Shown here piece after piece: positions 63,748-64,000 of a stretch of 64,000 bases of DNA. Location of the stretch: NCBI RefSeq assembly GCF_036971445.1, contig NC_091482.1, forward strand, positions 66,960,001 through 67,024,000, read 5' to 3'. Position numbers and translations under genes: made by a program. Numbering within the stretch: the stretch's first letter is position 1; every line of letters begins with the position of its first letter. The notes beneath the pieces were generated by a model. It ran no database searches. It had not been told where the DNA came from and was given only the letters and a program-made list of their open reading frames with translations. Source of the stretch: Narcine bancroftii. Lineage: Eukaryota.

Positions 63748-64000
63748 GTATATATTTTATTATTGATAGCAACATTACTTGTACTTGATACCGATGATTT
63801 TTATTAATGGTTTCCTTGATCATTCTAAGAAGCTAAGCCCCATGCATGCCTGGCATCTGCCACTCAATCCATTACCTCCTCCGACAGCTCATCATAGCAG
63901 CATTGTATCTTTAAAAAAAATGTTGTCCAGCTGTATAACGACTACTCAAACATTAGTTTTCAAATCCATAACTTTGCCATCAAGAAAGATGAGGGCAAAA

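Overview
Vertebrate genomic DNA, most likely a cartilaginous fish (inferred from abundant V-SINE/HE1-like SINEs and CR1, Rex1 and Penelope-like repeats). Three intron-containing genes were reconstructed by hand from GT-AG junctions and reading phase. (1) The last four coding exons of polysialyltransferase ST8SIA2 (+, 7768-24678); the first exons were not found. (2) The complete three-exon CDS of FAM174B (-, 44815-37699). (3) The first ten coding exons of telomere CST subunit CTC1 (+, 46336-63747), head-to-head with FAM174B and continuing past the window. The rest is nested transposon sequence: RTE, L1/Tx1, L2, CR1, Rex1, two solo LTRs, hAT-Charlie and Tigger MITEs, Tc1 and Penelope-like repeats with minimal hammerhead-like cores. 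It also holds a compound-microsatellite tandem array, a GC-rich minisatellite upstream of CTC1 and a tRNA-Thr pseudogene. I see no convincing new multi-gene system. The best leads are the CTC1/FAM174B arrangement with its motif-rich minisatellite, an element resembling mammalian Tigger4, the hammerhead-like motifs and a 5'-intact L1 ORF1 lacking ORF2. Family names come from recalled sequence, not database searches, and repeat boundaries are approximate unless TSDs are quoted.
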